A stretch of DNA of 23,408 bases from Cyanobacteria bacterium J06626_4 (GCA_038523235.1 JBCBJQ010000094.1:1-23408), one strand, 5' to 3'; positions 1-8,914 are shown, numbered from the stretch's first letter. Made by a program: numbers and translations. The notes: generated from the letters alone by a model not told the origin.

Positions 1-1
1 C

Positions 2-190
2 GATACTCATCTTGATCTGCAGGTTTGTCCAAAATGTGGCAAGCAAGCACTGGCCCAACCAAAACACAATCATTATCGCTGTCTTTGGTGTGGCTTTGAA
101 TCGGATGTTTCAGATAACGCTGTACGCTTCCCTTTTATTTTGTTCTTAATCCCCCTGGTAGCATTAGCTATTGTGCTCACTCAAGGATGA
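2..190 (+). CDS. 3' end of a zinc-ribbon protein with a C-terminal membrane anchor (5'-truncated by the window edge)
   Basis: Not in the ORF track. Frame 2 reads DTHLDLQVCPKCGKQALAQPKHNHYRCLWCGFESDVSDNAVRFPFILFLIPLVALAIVLTQG* (TGA 188-190): CPKC...CLWC followed by a hydrophobic helix. Confidence 0.75.
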   Translation, partial: DTHLDLQVCPKCGKQALAQPKHNHYRCLWCGFESDVSDNAVRFPFILFLIPLVALAIVLTQG

Positions 191-297
191 AGGGCCAATC
201 AACTGGCTTTCTTTCAAACACTTCAGAGCATTTAGATTGGTCGGTAAACAGTAATGATGAAATGATGCTTCTCAGCCATATCTGCCACAAGCAAACT

Positions 298-1554
298 CTA
301 TGAATGAGGCCCTAAAACAACCGTAAATGGATCTTTCAGGTATTGCTGAGCCACCGTCTGAACCATGTCTTCTGAGACAGCGCGAATCATGTCTTGAAAG
401 ACCGCGTCAAACTCAACGCCGAGCCCAAGCACTTCGTACCAACCGAGCAGTTGCCCCAGCTGAGCATTAGTTTGCTTGCCCAAGGCATATTGGCCCAGCA
501 GCTTGTTTTTCGACGCCTGTAGTTCTGCTGCCGTCAGACCCACTTTCCCCAAGCGCTCGATTTCGGAGCGCAGTCCCTCTAGGGCAATGGTCTGATTATC
601 TGGCGCAGTGCCCATATGACCGACAAACTGCGAGAGACCCAACCGGGTCGGATAAAAGGCCGACACATCGTAGGCCAGACCGCGCTTTTCCCGCAGTTCA
701 ACAAACAGACGACTGGAGAGGCCACTGCCTAAATAGGTGCTGATGAGCTTAAGCGGCGCATAGGCGGCGTCTTTGACCGAGGGGGTTTGGTAGCCCACAA
801 TCACGACAGACTGGTTAGTTTCTTGAGAGATCGTGTTATGGGTGGCAGCGGTCGGTACAGCGGGATAGTCCAATGACGGCAGCGGGTGCGCGGGCCCGGC
901 CCAATCGCCAAAATTCTGATCAGCCAGCGCGATCGCGGCTTCAGTCGTGATGCGACCGGCGATCACCATGACGCAGTGGTCAGGCCGAAAATACGCTTGA
1001 TGGGCCTCAACTAAATCATCGCGCGTTAGCTGAGTCACGGTCTCTTCAGTGCCGATACCAGGTAAGCCGTAGGGATGCTCACCATACATTGCCGCTCGCA
1101 GCGCGTTATAGGCCACCGTAAAGGGCTGCTCTTGCATGGAGCGAATGCCCTGAAGCGTCAGGCGCTGCTCTAGACCCAACTCGGCTTCAGCAAAACTAGG
1201 ATAGCGAATGATTTCTGCGGCTAGGGCCAGCATGGGGGCAAAATCAGCCGACACCGTCTTTAAACTGACGAGGCTGTAATCAGCGGAAGCATCACTGCCT
1301 AAACTGGCCCCGATCGACTCGACCTGCTCAGCAATTTCAAGGGAAGACAAGTGCCGGGTGCCCTTGGTTAGCAGAGACGACATCAGACTAAACAACCCAG
1401 CCTGAGATCGCGCCTCATGGCCAGTCCCGGCTTTGACCAGCAGCCGCGCCGAGACAATATCCGCCACCGGATTTTCGAGCACAATGACCACGAGACCATT
1501 GTTGAGCACGCGGCGCTGGAGTAAAGGACGGTCAACAGGAGGGGATGAGGTCAT
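298..1554 (-). CDS. M16 (pitrilysin/MPP-like) peptidase, non-catalytic subunit
   Basis: M16 motifs LNNGLVVI, LLTKGT, HPYG and SSRLFVELREKRGLAYDV are present, but HxxEH is absent (SLMSS at that position). ATG 1554 (MTSSPP) preferred over TTG 1602. Confidence 0.9.
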   Translation of the reverse strand: MTSSPPVDRPLLQRRVLNNGLVVIVLENPVADIVSARLLVKAGTGHEARSQAGLFSLMSSLLTKGTRHLSSLEIAEQVESIGASLGSDASADYSLVSLKTVSADFAPMLALAAEIIRYPSFAEAELGLEQRLTLQGIRSMQEQPFTVAYNALRAAMYGEHPYGLPGIGTEETVTQLTRDDLVEAHQAYFRPDHCVMVIAGRITTEAAIALADQNFGDWAGPAHPLPSLDYPAVPTAATHNTISQETNQSVVIVGYQTPSVKDAAYAPLKLISTYLGSGLSSRLFVELREKRGLAYDVSAFYPTRLGLSQFVGHMGTAPDNQTIALEGLRSEIERLGKVGLTAAELQASKNKLLGQYALGKQTNAQLGQLLGWYEVLGLGVEFDAVFQDMIRAVSEDMVQTVAQQYLKDPFTVVLGPHS

Positions 1555-1672
1555 AATTTCAGCAATCAATTCTTTGCGATAGGCCGTTCGGCACGCCGCC
1601 AACTGTCACCAGCGCCCCTCTCAAGATGCCTTAAAACTGTTCACTCTGTTGCACTAATTTGACGAGCTACTG

Positions 1673-2935
1673 CTAAGCCGTCGGCAAGAGGATCGTCGAA
1701 GCATAGGCATTGGGGGAGAGAAAACTTTTGGCCAGCGTGGTAATCGACGTGGGCGTATGGGCCTGAATGCGCGTGGGATAGCTATAGCTATCCGCTGCCG
1801 ACGCCACGACATCGTAATAACCATAGAGCCCTGCCAGCTGCCCTGGTGTTTCGGTCGAAAAGGCAAAGTCGTTAATCAGCAGGCGCTGGGCTCGTTCTAA
1901 CTCAGCCGGTGAGACGGGCTGTAGCGCCAAAGTCGAGAGGCGATCGCAGATCAGCGCCTCCACCGCATCGACCCGATCAGGCTCTAGCCACGCCTGCAGC
2001 ATAAACAAGCTACAGTCCCGCTGCAGCGAAAAGCTACCGCCAATATCGAGCACCCACTGCCGCTCTTCGCGCAGCTCCCTCACGAGGCGAGCGCTGCGCC
2101 CCTCAGCCAACAGCGTCGCCAAAATATCCATGCCACAGGCCGCGTTGAGATCATCAACCCCCGGCCCCACCCAAGCCATCAGCAGCCGTGCCTGCTCTAA
2201 CCGAGGCACCCGCAAAACCTGACGCCGTACCCCCCACCAGGGCTGAATCTGCCCGATCTGACGAGCCGGGCTAGCGACCGGAGCGGGAAATGAGCGAAAC
2301 GTTTGTCGCACCAGATCTAACGTCGGCTCGAGGGCGATGCCCCCGGTGACCACCACCGTCATATTTGCTGGCTGGTAATGGGTTTGGTGAAACCGGCGCA
2401 TCTCGGCGGGCGATCGCTGCAGCAACACCTCTGCAGTGCCCAAGACTGGACGACCATAAGCATGATCGGGAAACACCTGCTCCGACAATGCCTGAAAGGC
2501 AATCCAGTCGGGATCATCTTGAGCCTGGCGAATTTCTTCGAGCACGACCTGGCGCTCGCGACCAAATTCTTCATCAGGAATGGCCGCCTGAAGCACGAGT
2601 TCCGCCAGATCCGGCAGGGCGGTGGGCAACGCTTCAGCGGCTAAAGCCATATAGAAGTGGGCATAGTCATGACTGGTGGCCGCATTGCTAAAGCCTCCCT
2701 GCGTTTCAATCGCATAGTCAAACATACCGGGCCGCAAGCGCTGAGTCCCCTTAAACACCATGTGCTCTAAAAAATGAGCCATGCCCATCCACTCCACCGG
2801 TTCGAGGGCCGCACCCGCATCGACCCATACATCAGCAACGACCACCGGGGTCGCAGGCATGTGATGGTGCACCACGGTGAGCCCAGTGTCGAGCGGGGTA
2901 ACAGTGGCCGGAAAGGTGAAGGGAGTAAAAGTCAA
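1673..2935 (-). CDS. M16 family zinc peptidase, catalytic subunit
   Basis: GMAHFLEHMVFKGT (inverted zinc motif HxxEH), NAATS, ERQVVLEE, HAYGRPVLG. TTG start; an in-frame stop at 2966-2968 excludes an upstream ATG. Confidence 0.93.
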   Translation of the reverse strand: MTFTPFTFPATVTPLDTGLTVVHHHMPATPVVVADVWVDAGAALEPVEWMGMAHFLEHMVFKGTQRLRPGMFDYAIETQGGFSNAATSHDYAHFYMALAAEALPTALPDLAELVLQAAIPDEEFGRERQVVLEEIRQAQDDPDWIAFQALSEQVFPDHAYGRPVLGTAEVLLQRSPAEMRRFHQTHYQPANMTVVVTGGIALEPTLDLVRQTFRSFPAPVASPARQIGQIQPWWGVRRQVLRVPRLEQARLLMAWVGPGVDDLNAACGMDILATLLAEGRSARLVRELREERQWVLDIGGSFSLQRDCSLFMLQAWLEPDRVDAVEALICDRLSTLALQPVSPAELERAQRLLINDFAFSTETPGQLAGLYGYYDVVASAADSYSYPTRIQAHTPTSITTLAKSFLSPNAYASTILLPTA

Positions 2936-3214
2936 AGGAGGGGTTTGAACCGACAGGATAAAGGTTTAGACCGGCTCCGAGCGCCATAGCGCTCGGCACC
3001 CCGTGGGGGGATAACAACCGCAGCGAGTCCCCCAAAAGAGTGGCTACAACCCATCTGCAAGTCGTGAGTGAGGTAGAAGCAGCTTGAGCGCCGATAGAAG
3101 CGGAATTTGCCCCCTTAACCGTGCGTTCACCGCTAGCCTACCGGATCTTATTCTTTCGCGATAGGGCAGCGGGCGGCTCTTCACCCTTATTTAAGAAAAC
3201 GCTGCCGCCATAAC

Positions 3215-3248
3215 AAAATCCCCCTCAAGTCGAGCCCAAGGGGGATTT
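3215..3248 (-). terminator. Rho-independent terminator of 6S RNA
   Basis: 10-bp stem AAATCCCCCT (3216-3225) / AGGGGGATTT (3239-3248), ending in TTTTGTT on the minus strand immediately after the 6S 3' end. Confidence 0.8.
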
Positions 3249-3257
3249 CCAAAGATG

Positions 3258-3436
3258 TTCACCGCAGCGCCGTCTTACCTCAGTTTCCGACCTGGTAGAA
3301 CCAGGTGGGAATGCTGGCGCCCATTTAAAGTTTCCGAGTACAAGCTCGGTTTACTGCCACGGGCACGACGTGATTCCCTTGCAAGACAAAGCATAGATCG
3401 ACAAACAGTATTGGCAGTCACCAACGCCGTAGTGAA
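3258..3436 (-). ncRNA. ssrS: 6S RNA (cyanobacterial 6Sa)
   Basis: Minus strand reads TTCACTACGGCGTTGGTGACTGCCAATACTG...AAGGGAATCAC...GTGGCAGTAAACCGAG...CTCGGAAACTTTAAATGGGCGCCAGCATTCCCACCTGG...CCAGGTCGGAAACTGAGGTAAGACGGCGCTGCGGTGAA. About 180 nt with complementary ends; it resembles cyanobacterial 6S and lies in the known position downstream of purK. Ends approximate. Confidence 0.9.
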
Positions 3437-3445
3437 TCTCTTGTC

Positions 3446-3451
3446 ATCATA
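3446..3451 (-). promoter_or_regulatory. Putative -10 element (TATGAT) of the 6S RNA promoter
   Basis: TATGAT about 10 nt upstream of the inferred 5' end; a TTGCGA -35-like hexamer lies 19 nt further upstream (long spacer). Confidence 0.5.
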
Positions 3452-3505
3452 ACCAACTCTGCCCCAGCGATCGCAAGGGGATGCCGCAAATTATTTGGCC
3501 GGAGA

Positions 3506-4657
3506 TTACGACTGGGCAGCGGGATACCAAAGGCCCTCAATCTGCTGGATGAGCGCGGCACTGTCGTCGCCTGGGGCTAAACACACCGTGACATGCCCGA
3601 GTTTGCGTCCTGGTCGAGCGGCAGGTTTGCCATACCAATACACCTGAGCTTGGGGAATTTGGGCGAGCTGCTGCCGCTGCTCGGCGTAGTCCGAGGTAGC
3701 CGACTCAAACCCTAGCAGGTTGACCATCAGGGCGCGATCACAGGTCATCCGCACACGGCCCAAGGGTTGCCCGGTTACCGCCAAGAGCTGCTGGGCAAAC
3801 TGCGATGTTTCGCAGGCATCAAGCGTGTAGTGGCCAGAATTATGGGTCCGGGGAGCCACTTCGTTCACTAGCACCTGATTGCCTGGCCCGAGGAATAACT
3901 CGATGCCCAAAATGCCCACAAAATCTAATCGTTTGATCAGGGTGTGGGCGATCGCCTGCACCGATTCCACCACCGCTGGAGCAATGTGAGCAGGCGCTAG
4001 CACCCGCCGACAGATTTGGTCGACCTGCTGCGTTTCAACCACGGGATAGACCACGATTTCCCCCTTGACTGAGCGGGCCACCATAACTGCCAGCTCTTTT
4101 TCAAAGGGAACGAACGCTTCTAGCAGTACCGGGGGGCGCTCAATCTGCGTCCAAGTCTCGACCAGTTCCGCTGCTGAGCGCATAACAAAGGTGCCCTGCC
4201 CGTCGTAGCCCAGGCGACGGGTTTTCATCACGAGGGGAAAGCCGATCGGGGCAGCGATCGCAGCCACCGCCTCCATTGCCGTGGTGTCATCCAGCGTCAC
4301 ATAGGGCGGATTGGGCAAATTATGGGTCGCCAAAAACTGTCGCTGGGTGTACTTGTCGAGCAGCGGTGCGAGGGCCGACAGTTGAGGTCGAAAAACTACG
4401 CCCTGCGCCACTAACGGTTGCAGCGCAGCGAGATCAACAAACTCATTTTCAAAGGTGATGACGTCGCAGCGATCGCTCAGCTGCTGAGTTCCAGCCACAT
4501 CAGCGATCGCGGCATGAACCCCCGCTGCCGCAGTGGCCATAGCGGGATCGGTCGGTTGGGGCGTCTGCACCACAATCGACAGATCGAGCTTGGGCACTTC
4601 TAACCCCATCATCCAAGCCAGCTGGCCACCGCCAATCACTCCGACCGTTTTTGTCAT
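3506..4657 (-). CDS. purK: N5-carboxyaminoimidazole ribonucleotide synthase
   Basis: VGVIGGGQLAWM, VITFENE, GYDGQG, NEVAPRTHNSGH and RPGRKLGHV motifs; ATG 4657 preceded by GGGGAGAG. Confidence 0.96.
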   Translation of the reverse strand: MTKTVGVIGGGQLAWMMGLEVPKLDLSIVVQTPQPTDPAMATAAAGVHAAIADVAGTQQLSDRCDVITFENEFVDLAALQPLVAQGVVFRPQLSALAPLLDKYTQRQFLATHNLPNPPYVTLDDTTAMEAVAAIAAPIGFPLVMKTRRLGYDGQGTFVMRSAAELVETWTQIERPPVLLEAFVPFEKELAVMVARSVKGEIVVYPVVETQQVDQICRRVLAPAHIAPAVVESVQAIAHTLIKRLDFVGILGIELFLGPGNQVLVNEVAPRTHNSGHYTLDACETSQFAQQLLAVTGQPLGRVRMTCDRALMVNLLGFESATSDYAEQRQQLAQIPQAQVYWYGKPAARPGRKLGHVTVCLAPGDDSAALIQQIEGLWYPAAQS

Positions 4658-5180
4658 GGTCGCTCTCCCCATTTTGTTCGCAGCCCTGAGGATACGTCTT
4701 AGTGAAACGCCTGCGTATCACTAGGTAAAAGAGTACGGCAACGGGATCTTAAAAAGACGTCGATTTTGTGGCAAACGCGATGACCTCCGGCTGAGTCCGT
4801 GGCGAGGTTGTCAACGATCGCAGCAACTTGAGAAACAGTCAGTGCCGTCTTGAGCACACCTCGAACCCCCTCCTCAGGGCAGAGCGATTGGGGATACCTT
4901 AGTTTTCTGTTGCCTGCAGCCGTCAGTTGGGCCTCACGTTTGAGCATCCCAGTTTTTTGCCTGACATCGGACATGCAGCCACCCAGCAACAGTATTCGCC
5001 GGTGGACTGCCGGTATCAATGGGAACTCTCCAGTTAGCACTGCGGTCTAACCATGGGAAGACCGAAGTCATATACCTGCTCTGGTATCTATCGCCATCAT
5101 GGCTGAGCACAGCCGAATGGCCAAATTTCCTGCGCCGGTCATGAATTCAGTGCCGCCAATCTCAGACGACAGCGTTCATC

Positions 5181-5196
5181 GGTGACAGCTGTCACC
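5181..5196. promoter_or_regulatory. Perfect 16-bp palindrome, CRP-family-like site (GGTGA-N6-TCACC)
   Basis: GGTGACAGCTGTCACC about 100 bp upstream of the SLH gene; core GTGA-N6-TCAC matches TGTGA-N6-TCACA at 8/10 positions. Confidence 0.45.
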
Positions 5197-5294
5197 ATTG
5201 AGAGCCGTTCCCAACGTTTATTTGCCCCAACAGCCACTTGTTGCGGGGGCCTATTTCCACTGCTCTAAACTCACTTTTCACAGGATGTAATGGC

Positions 5295-6548
5295 ATGGTT
5301 AATGTTTTAAAAAGCGATTCAAAAACAGCCGCTTTAGTCGCGCTAGGCGTCATGGCTGGAGCCACGTTTCCCCTCATTGCAGCGGCTCCCGCAATGGCTC
5401 AGCAGTTTGTCGATGTCGGTAATGGCTATTGGGCCCAACCCTATATCGAGACGCTCGCAGCAGAGCAAATTATTGCTGGCTTTCCCGATGGTACTTTTAA
5501 GCCTGATCAACCGGTGACCCGAGCGCAGTTTGCGGCGATCGTGCGGCAGGCATTTAACCAAGCTCGTACCCGCTCAGCCCCCAACTTTGGCGATGTGCCA
5601 AATAGCTATTGGGCCACTGAAGCGATCGCCGATGCCTATGGTCAGGGCTTTATGTCGGGGTACCCCGACAGTACCTTTAAGCCCGAGCAGCAGATTCCTC
5701 GCGTGCAGGTCGTGGTGGCCTTGGCCAATGGCTTAGGCATGAGCGCCAGCGGCAGCGACAATCAGGCGCTTGGCGTCTATCGAGATGCGGGTCAGATTCC
5801 TGACTATGCGCAAGGGCCAGTGGCCGCCGCGACGGAGAATGAAATCGTGGTCAGCTATCCTGATGTCAACCGCCTGCAACCAGGACGCACCGCCACTCGC
5901 GCTGATGTCGCAGCGTTTATTTATCAGGCGTTGGTTGCCGAGGGTGAGCTACCGACCTTAGCCGCTGATTTGAATGCGACGGACTACATTGTGGGCTATG
6001 ACGGTTCGGGCAGTACGCCGCAAGCCGTGCCGCAGACCGTCGCCGGAGTCGTGCCAGCGGGGACGCAAATTCCCCTGCGATATCCCAATGCGGATGGGGT
6101 CGATATTGTGGTGGCTCCTGGTCAAACGGTAGCGACCTCGCTAGAGGTCTCCGGGTCGCTGGTGAACAGTGCCAATCAAGTGCTGATTCCGGCCGGGAGC
6201 ACCGTTCAGGGCCGGATTGAGCCGGTGGAAATTCGCGGGGCCTCGATCACGGCAGCCCGCTTCGTCGCCGATAACCTGACGATTAATGGTCGCACTTACA
6301 ACATTGATGCAGAATCTAGCGCGATCGCAGCGAGTGAGTCGGTTAATACCGGGTCTCTAGAGGGTGCCCTGATCACAGGAGCCGCTGAGTCGATTTTAGG
6401 CTCGCTACTCGGTAGTGCCGATCTGGGTTCGCTGGTGGGAGCAGTCATTGGCGGCAATGATCAGGTGACTTCGCAAAATGCGGTGATCGTGATCGACCCT
6501 AGCCAGCTTGATCTGACTGTGGATACTGACTTTAATGTCGGCAGCTAA
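5295..6548 (+). CDS. S-layer homology (SLH) domain protein with signal peptide and C-terminal beta-rich/glycine-rich domain
   Basis: Signal peptide ending AAPAMA-Q; three SLH repeats (FVDV..YWA..GFPDGTFKPDQPVTRAQFA; FGDV..YWA..GYPDSTFKPEQQIPR; YRDA..YA..SYPD..LQPGRTATRADVA). ATG 5295 preferred over TTG 5238. Confidence 0.9.
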   Translation: MVNVLKSDSKTAALVALGVMAGATFPLIAAAPAMAQQFVDVGNGYWAQPYIETLAAEQIIAGFPDGTFKPDQPVTRAQFAAIVRQAFNQARTRSAPNFGDVPNSYWATEAIADAYGQGFMSGYPDSTFKPEQQIPRVQVVVALANGLGMSASGSDNQALGVYRDAGQIPDYAQGPVAAATENEIVVSYPDVNRLQPGRTATRADVAAFIYQALVAEGELPTLAADLNATDYIVGYDGSGSTPQAVPQTVAGVVPAGTQIPLRYPNADGVDIVVAPGQTVATSLEVSGSLVNSANQVLIPAGSTVQGRIEPVEIRGASITAARFVADNLTINGRTYNIDAESSAIAASESVNTGSLEGALITGAAESILGSLLGSADLGSLVGAVIGGNDQVTSQNAVIVIDPSQLDLTVDTDFNVGS

Positions 6549-6678
6549 TCCCAAGTAGCGGCAATCGGCTTCCTCTGCGGGGGAGGCCAATTGATGGCTA
6601 GCTGCAGCGGCGATCGCGATCTCTGAGTCATCCCGCAGCCGCTACGATATCTCCCGCAGCGGCTTTCTAAATTATCCG

Positions 6679-6727
6679 AAAAAAAGCCCTCAGTTCCCGA
6701 CAAATCTGTTCTCGGAGCTGAGGGCTT
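6679..6727 (-). terminator. Rho-independent terminator downstream of the LOG gene (may also act on the convergent SLH gene)
   Basis: AAGCCCTCAGTTCC (6684-6697) / GGAGCTGAGGGCTT (6714-6727) stem with a T7 run on the minus strand. Confidence 0.75.
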
Positions 6728-6748
6728 GGCGTCATCTGATCGTTTGAC

Positions 6749-7384
6749 TCAAAGCTTGTACTGGCGATATTGCAGGCAAAAATCATCGGGGTTATCGATA
6801 AATTTGCGTTGAGCGGCGCGCACGACCTCAAACGCTTCATCACAGGTTCTGACCAAAAAGAGCATCTCGTAATCTTCGGGATTGAGCAGCTGCTTTTCTA
6901 GCGGCCAGTCTTGCACCCAGCGCAAAAAGTCTTCCCACATGTCGCCGAGGAGCACGATGGGAATATTGCAAATGTGCTCGACCTGCATGAGCTGCCACGT
7001 GTAAGCCAGCTCTAACAACGTACCAACGCCACCCGGCGCTACCACAACAGCATTTGCCAGGTGCATGAAGTGATCGAGCCGTTCTGAGAAGCGATCGAAC
7101 TCATGCTTAATATCGACGTGGGGATTAGCCGCTTCTTCAAACGGCAGCTTGATATTGAGCCCATAGGATTTGCTGGAATCATCGACGCTGTGGGGATCTT
7201 CGCGACCTTCGCGATGGCCTAAATTAGCCGCTTCCATCAGGCCAGGGCCGCCACCAGTCACGACATCCATGCCGTCGCGGCCCAGCAGTCGGGCCAAACG
7301 CCGCACTTGCTCATAGACCGAATCACCCGGCTTCAGGCGGGCCGACCCAAAGATCACAACCCTAAATCTATCTGGCTCAGTCAT
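6749..7384 (-). CDS. LOG family (lysine decarboxylase-like) nucleotide monophosphate nucleosidase
   Basis: VIFGSAR, VTGGGPGLMEAAN, GLNIKLPFE and PGGVGTLLEL (PGGxGTxxE) motifs; ATG 7384 (MTEPD) preferred. Confidence 0.92.
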   Translation of the reverse strand: MTEPDRFRVVIFGSARLKPGDSVYEQVRRLARLLGRDGMDVVTGGGPGLMEAANLGHREGREDPHSVDDSSKSYGLNIKLPFEEAANPHVDIKHEFDRFSERLDHFMHLANAVVVAPGGVGTLLELAYTWQLMQVEHICNIPIVLLGDMWEDFLRWVQDWPLEKQLLNPEDYEMLFLVRTCDEAFEVVRAAQRKFIDNPDDFCLQYRQYKL

Positions 7385-7588
7385 CACAATAATCCGAAAT
7401 GGAGAGACGTCACTGCTTGTCCGTTTGTACCGTAAAACGGTCTTAAAGATGCGTTGCGGGCACTCACAGCACTGTTTAGGCAACTAGACAGCGCAGCCGC
7501 AGTCACCCGACTCATCGAGGTTTTCTACCCTGCTGACCCCATGCGCTGCAGCCATTGGCATGGTTCTGTACCCTAGCACCGAAGTCGC

Positions 7589-8914
7589 TTAGGCGGAGCG
7601 ACTCAGACGCTCGTAGGCCAGGGCTAGAGCGTCTGAGTCGCCAACATTGCCCGGAAACAGCACGACCGGTAAAGCCGAAAATTGCGGATGGTCGGCAGCC
7701 GTTCGGACCACGGAACAGCCCGGTAGAATTTGGCCCAACAGACGGGTGGTGCGGAGCGCTAACCCTTTGCTCAAGGTGTCATTGGAGGTGATGCCGCCTT
7801 TGCTGATCAGAAACCCCAGGTCGCTGGGCAGGCCGCGCAGGATATCCATCAGTAGAGCCGAAACCTCTTCGCCAAACGCCAGTCGAGTTTGCACATCAGG
7901 AAAGGTGAGTTCTTGGCGACTGGTGTAGATGGCAGGAGTTTGGCCACGCTCGTGGATCTGACGCACCTGGGCCAAGGTGGTGGCCAAAAGACGCGATCGC
8001 CCGCCCGCCAGGTCATCCACCATCTGGGTGACATCGACCTCAACGCCCACAATATCGGGAGCTTGCAGCAGAGCCTGGAGCTGCTGCGTCGTCTTTTTCA
8101 CATGGGAGCCGACCAAAATCGCCCCTGGATGATGATCTTTAACGTACTGCGCCATCTCGTCCGCCGCGACGGGTTGGGGGGGCAGCGCCGCCAGCGCCGT
8201 CAGCAAACTGGCAGCACTGCGAAACAAAAAGCGTTGGCCTTGAGCGGCGGCCTGCAGCACCTCTTGAGCAAAGGCATTGAGGTCGCTTGGCTGCTCACCA
8301 TCAACAGCGACACAAACGTTATTTTCTAACTGCAGCAGCGCCTCTAGACAGCCAGCGCGGAGGCGCTCAAGGGTAAACCGCTGCACTTGGTCGGCGGCAA
8401 TTTTGCCCCCAGTCTTTTCGGCCACATAGTCGGGTAAATAGGCGGTGCTGTAGCCAAAAACCGAATCGTTAGCGAACTCAGTTTCATGAGCCGGGATAGG
8501 GACGCCGTTCTGCACCACATAATGCACACTGTCGCGGGTGATGCGGCCCCCTTCAAAAAAGGCCGGCACCATGAAGTGGGCATCAAAGGGACCTAACTCA
8601 GCGGCGATCGCATCGGTCTCAATTGGGTAGTGCCCCCGCAGCGTCGAGTCAGAACGACTCACCACCAAAAACTCTGCTACCCCGGCTTGAGCAATAGCGA
8701 GCTTGAGATTGTGGCAAACTTCTTGGGTCACTGCCTGCGCTTGGGCCGGTGAGAGCGCTCGCGTATTGGTCAAAATGAAGACGATGGGAGCCTCATCCTG
8801 CAGGCCCAAAACCAACGTTTCCACATCCCACTGCAACAACAGCAAACAGCTGTGCACCGTTTGTGATCCCGTCGGATCATCATCCAGCACAATAATTTTT
8901 GGCGTCGTGGCCAT
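7589..8914 (-). CDS. Four-carbon acid sugar kinase family protein (DUF1537)
   Basis: IIVLDDDPTG, SRSDSTLRGH, VGSH, ISKGGITS and VLFPGNVG motifs; strong RBS AGGAGGGG upstream. Confidence 0.9.
   Translation of the reverse strand: MATTPKIIVLDDDPTGSQTVHSCLLLLQWDVETLVLGLQDEAPIVFILTNTRALSPAQAQAVTQEVCHNLKLAIAQAGVAEFLVVSRSDSTLRGHYPIETDAIAAELGPFDAHFMVPAFFEGGRITRDSVHYVVQNGVPIPAHETEFANDSVFGYSTAYLPDYVAEKTGGKIAADQVQRFTLERLRAGCLEALLQLENNVCVAVDGEQPSDLNAFAQEVLQAAAQGQRFLFRSAASLLTALAALPPQPVAADEMAQYVKDHHPGAILVGSHVKKTTQQLQALLQAPDIVGVEVDVTQMVDDLAGGRSRLLATTLAQVRQIHERGQTPAIYTSRQELTFPDVQTRLAFGEEVSALLMDILRGLPSDLGFLISKGGITSNDTLSKGLALRTTRLLGQILPGCSVVRTAADHPQFSALPVVLFPGNVGDSDALALAYERLSRSA

Noticed and set aside
2936..2960. 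GGTTCAAACCC on the minus strand resembling a tRNA T-loop
   Set aside because: The T-stem does not pair (GTCGG vs CCCTC) and no acceptor or anticodon arms can be formed.
3125..3133. GTTCACCGC duplicated from the 6S RNA 3' end (possible att-like scar)
   Set aside because: Only 9 bp, with no integrase or cargo between the copies; compatible with chance.
3255..3452. 65-aa + strand ORF
   Set aside because: It is antisense to the 6S RNA and has no protein features.
4699..5050. ORFs 4699..5040 (-) and 4850..5050 (+) in the purK/SLH intergenic region
   Set aside because: Non-ATG starts, no RBS and no recognisable motifs.
5171..5218. CGTTCATC...AACG resembling a glutamine riboswitch P1
   Set aside because: It lacks the conserved GGAAGT/GAAG core and second stem; the palindrome is better explained as a DNA site.
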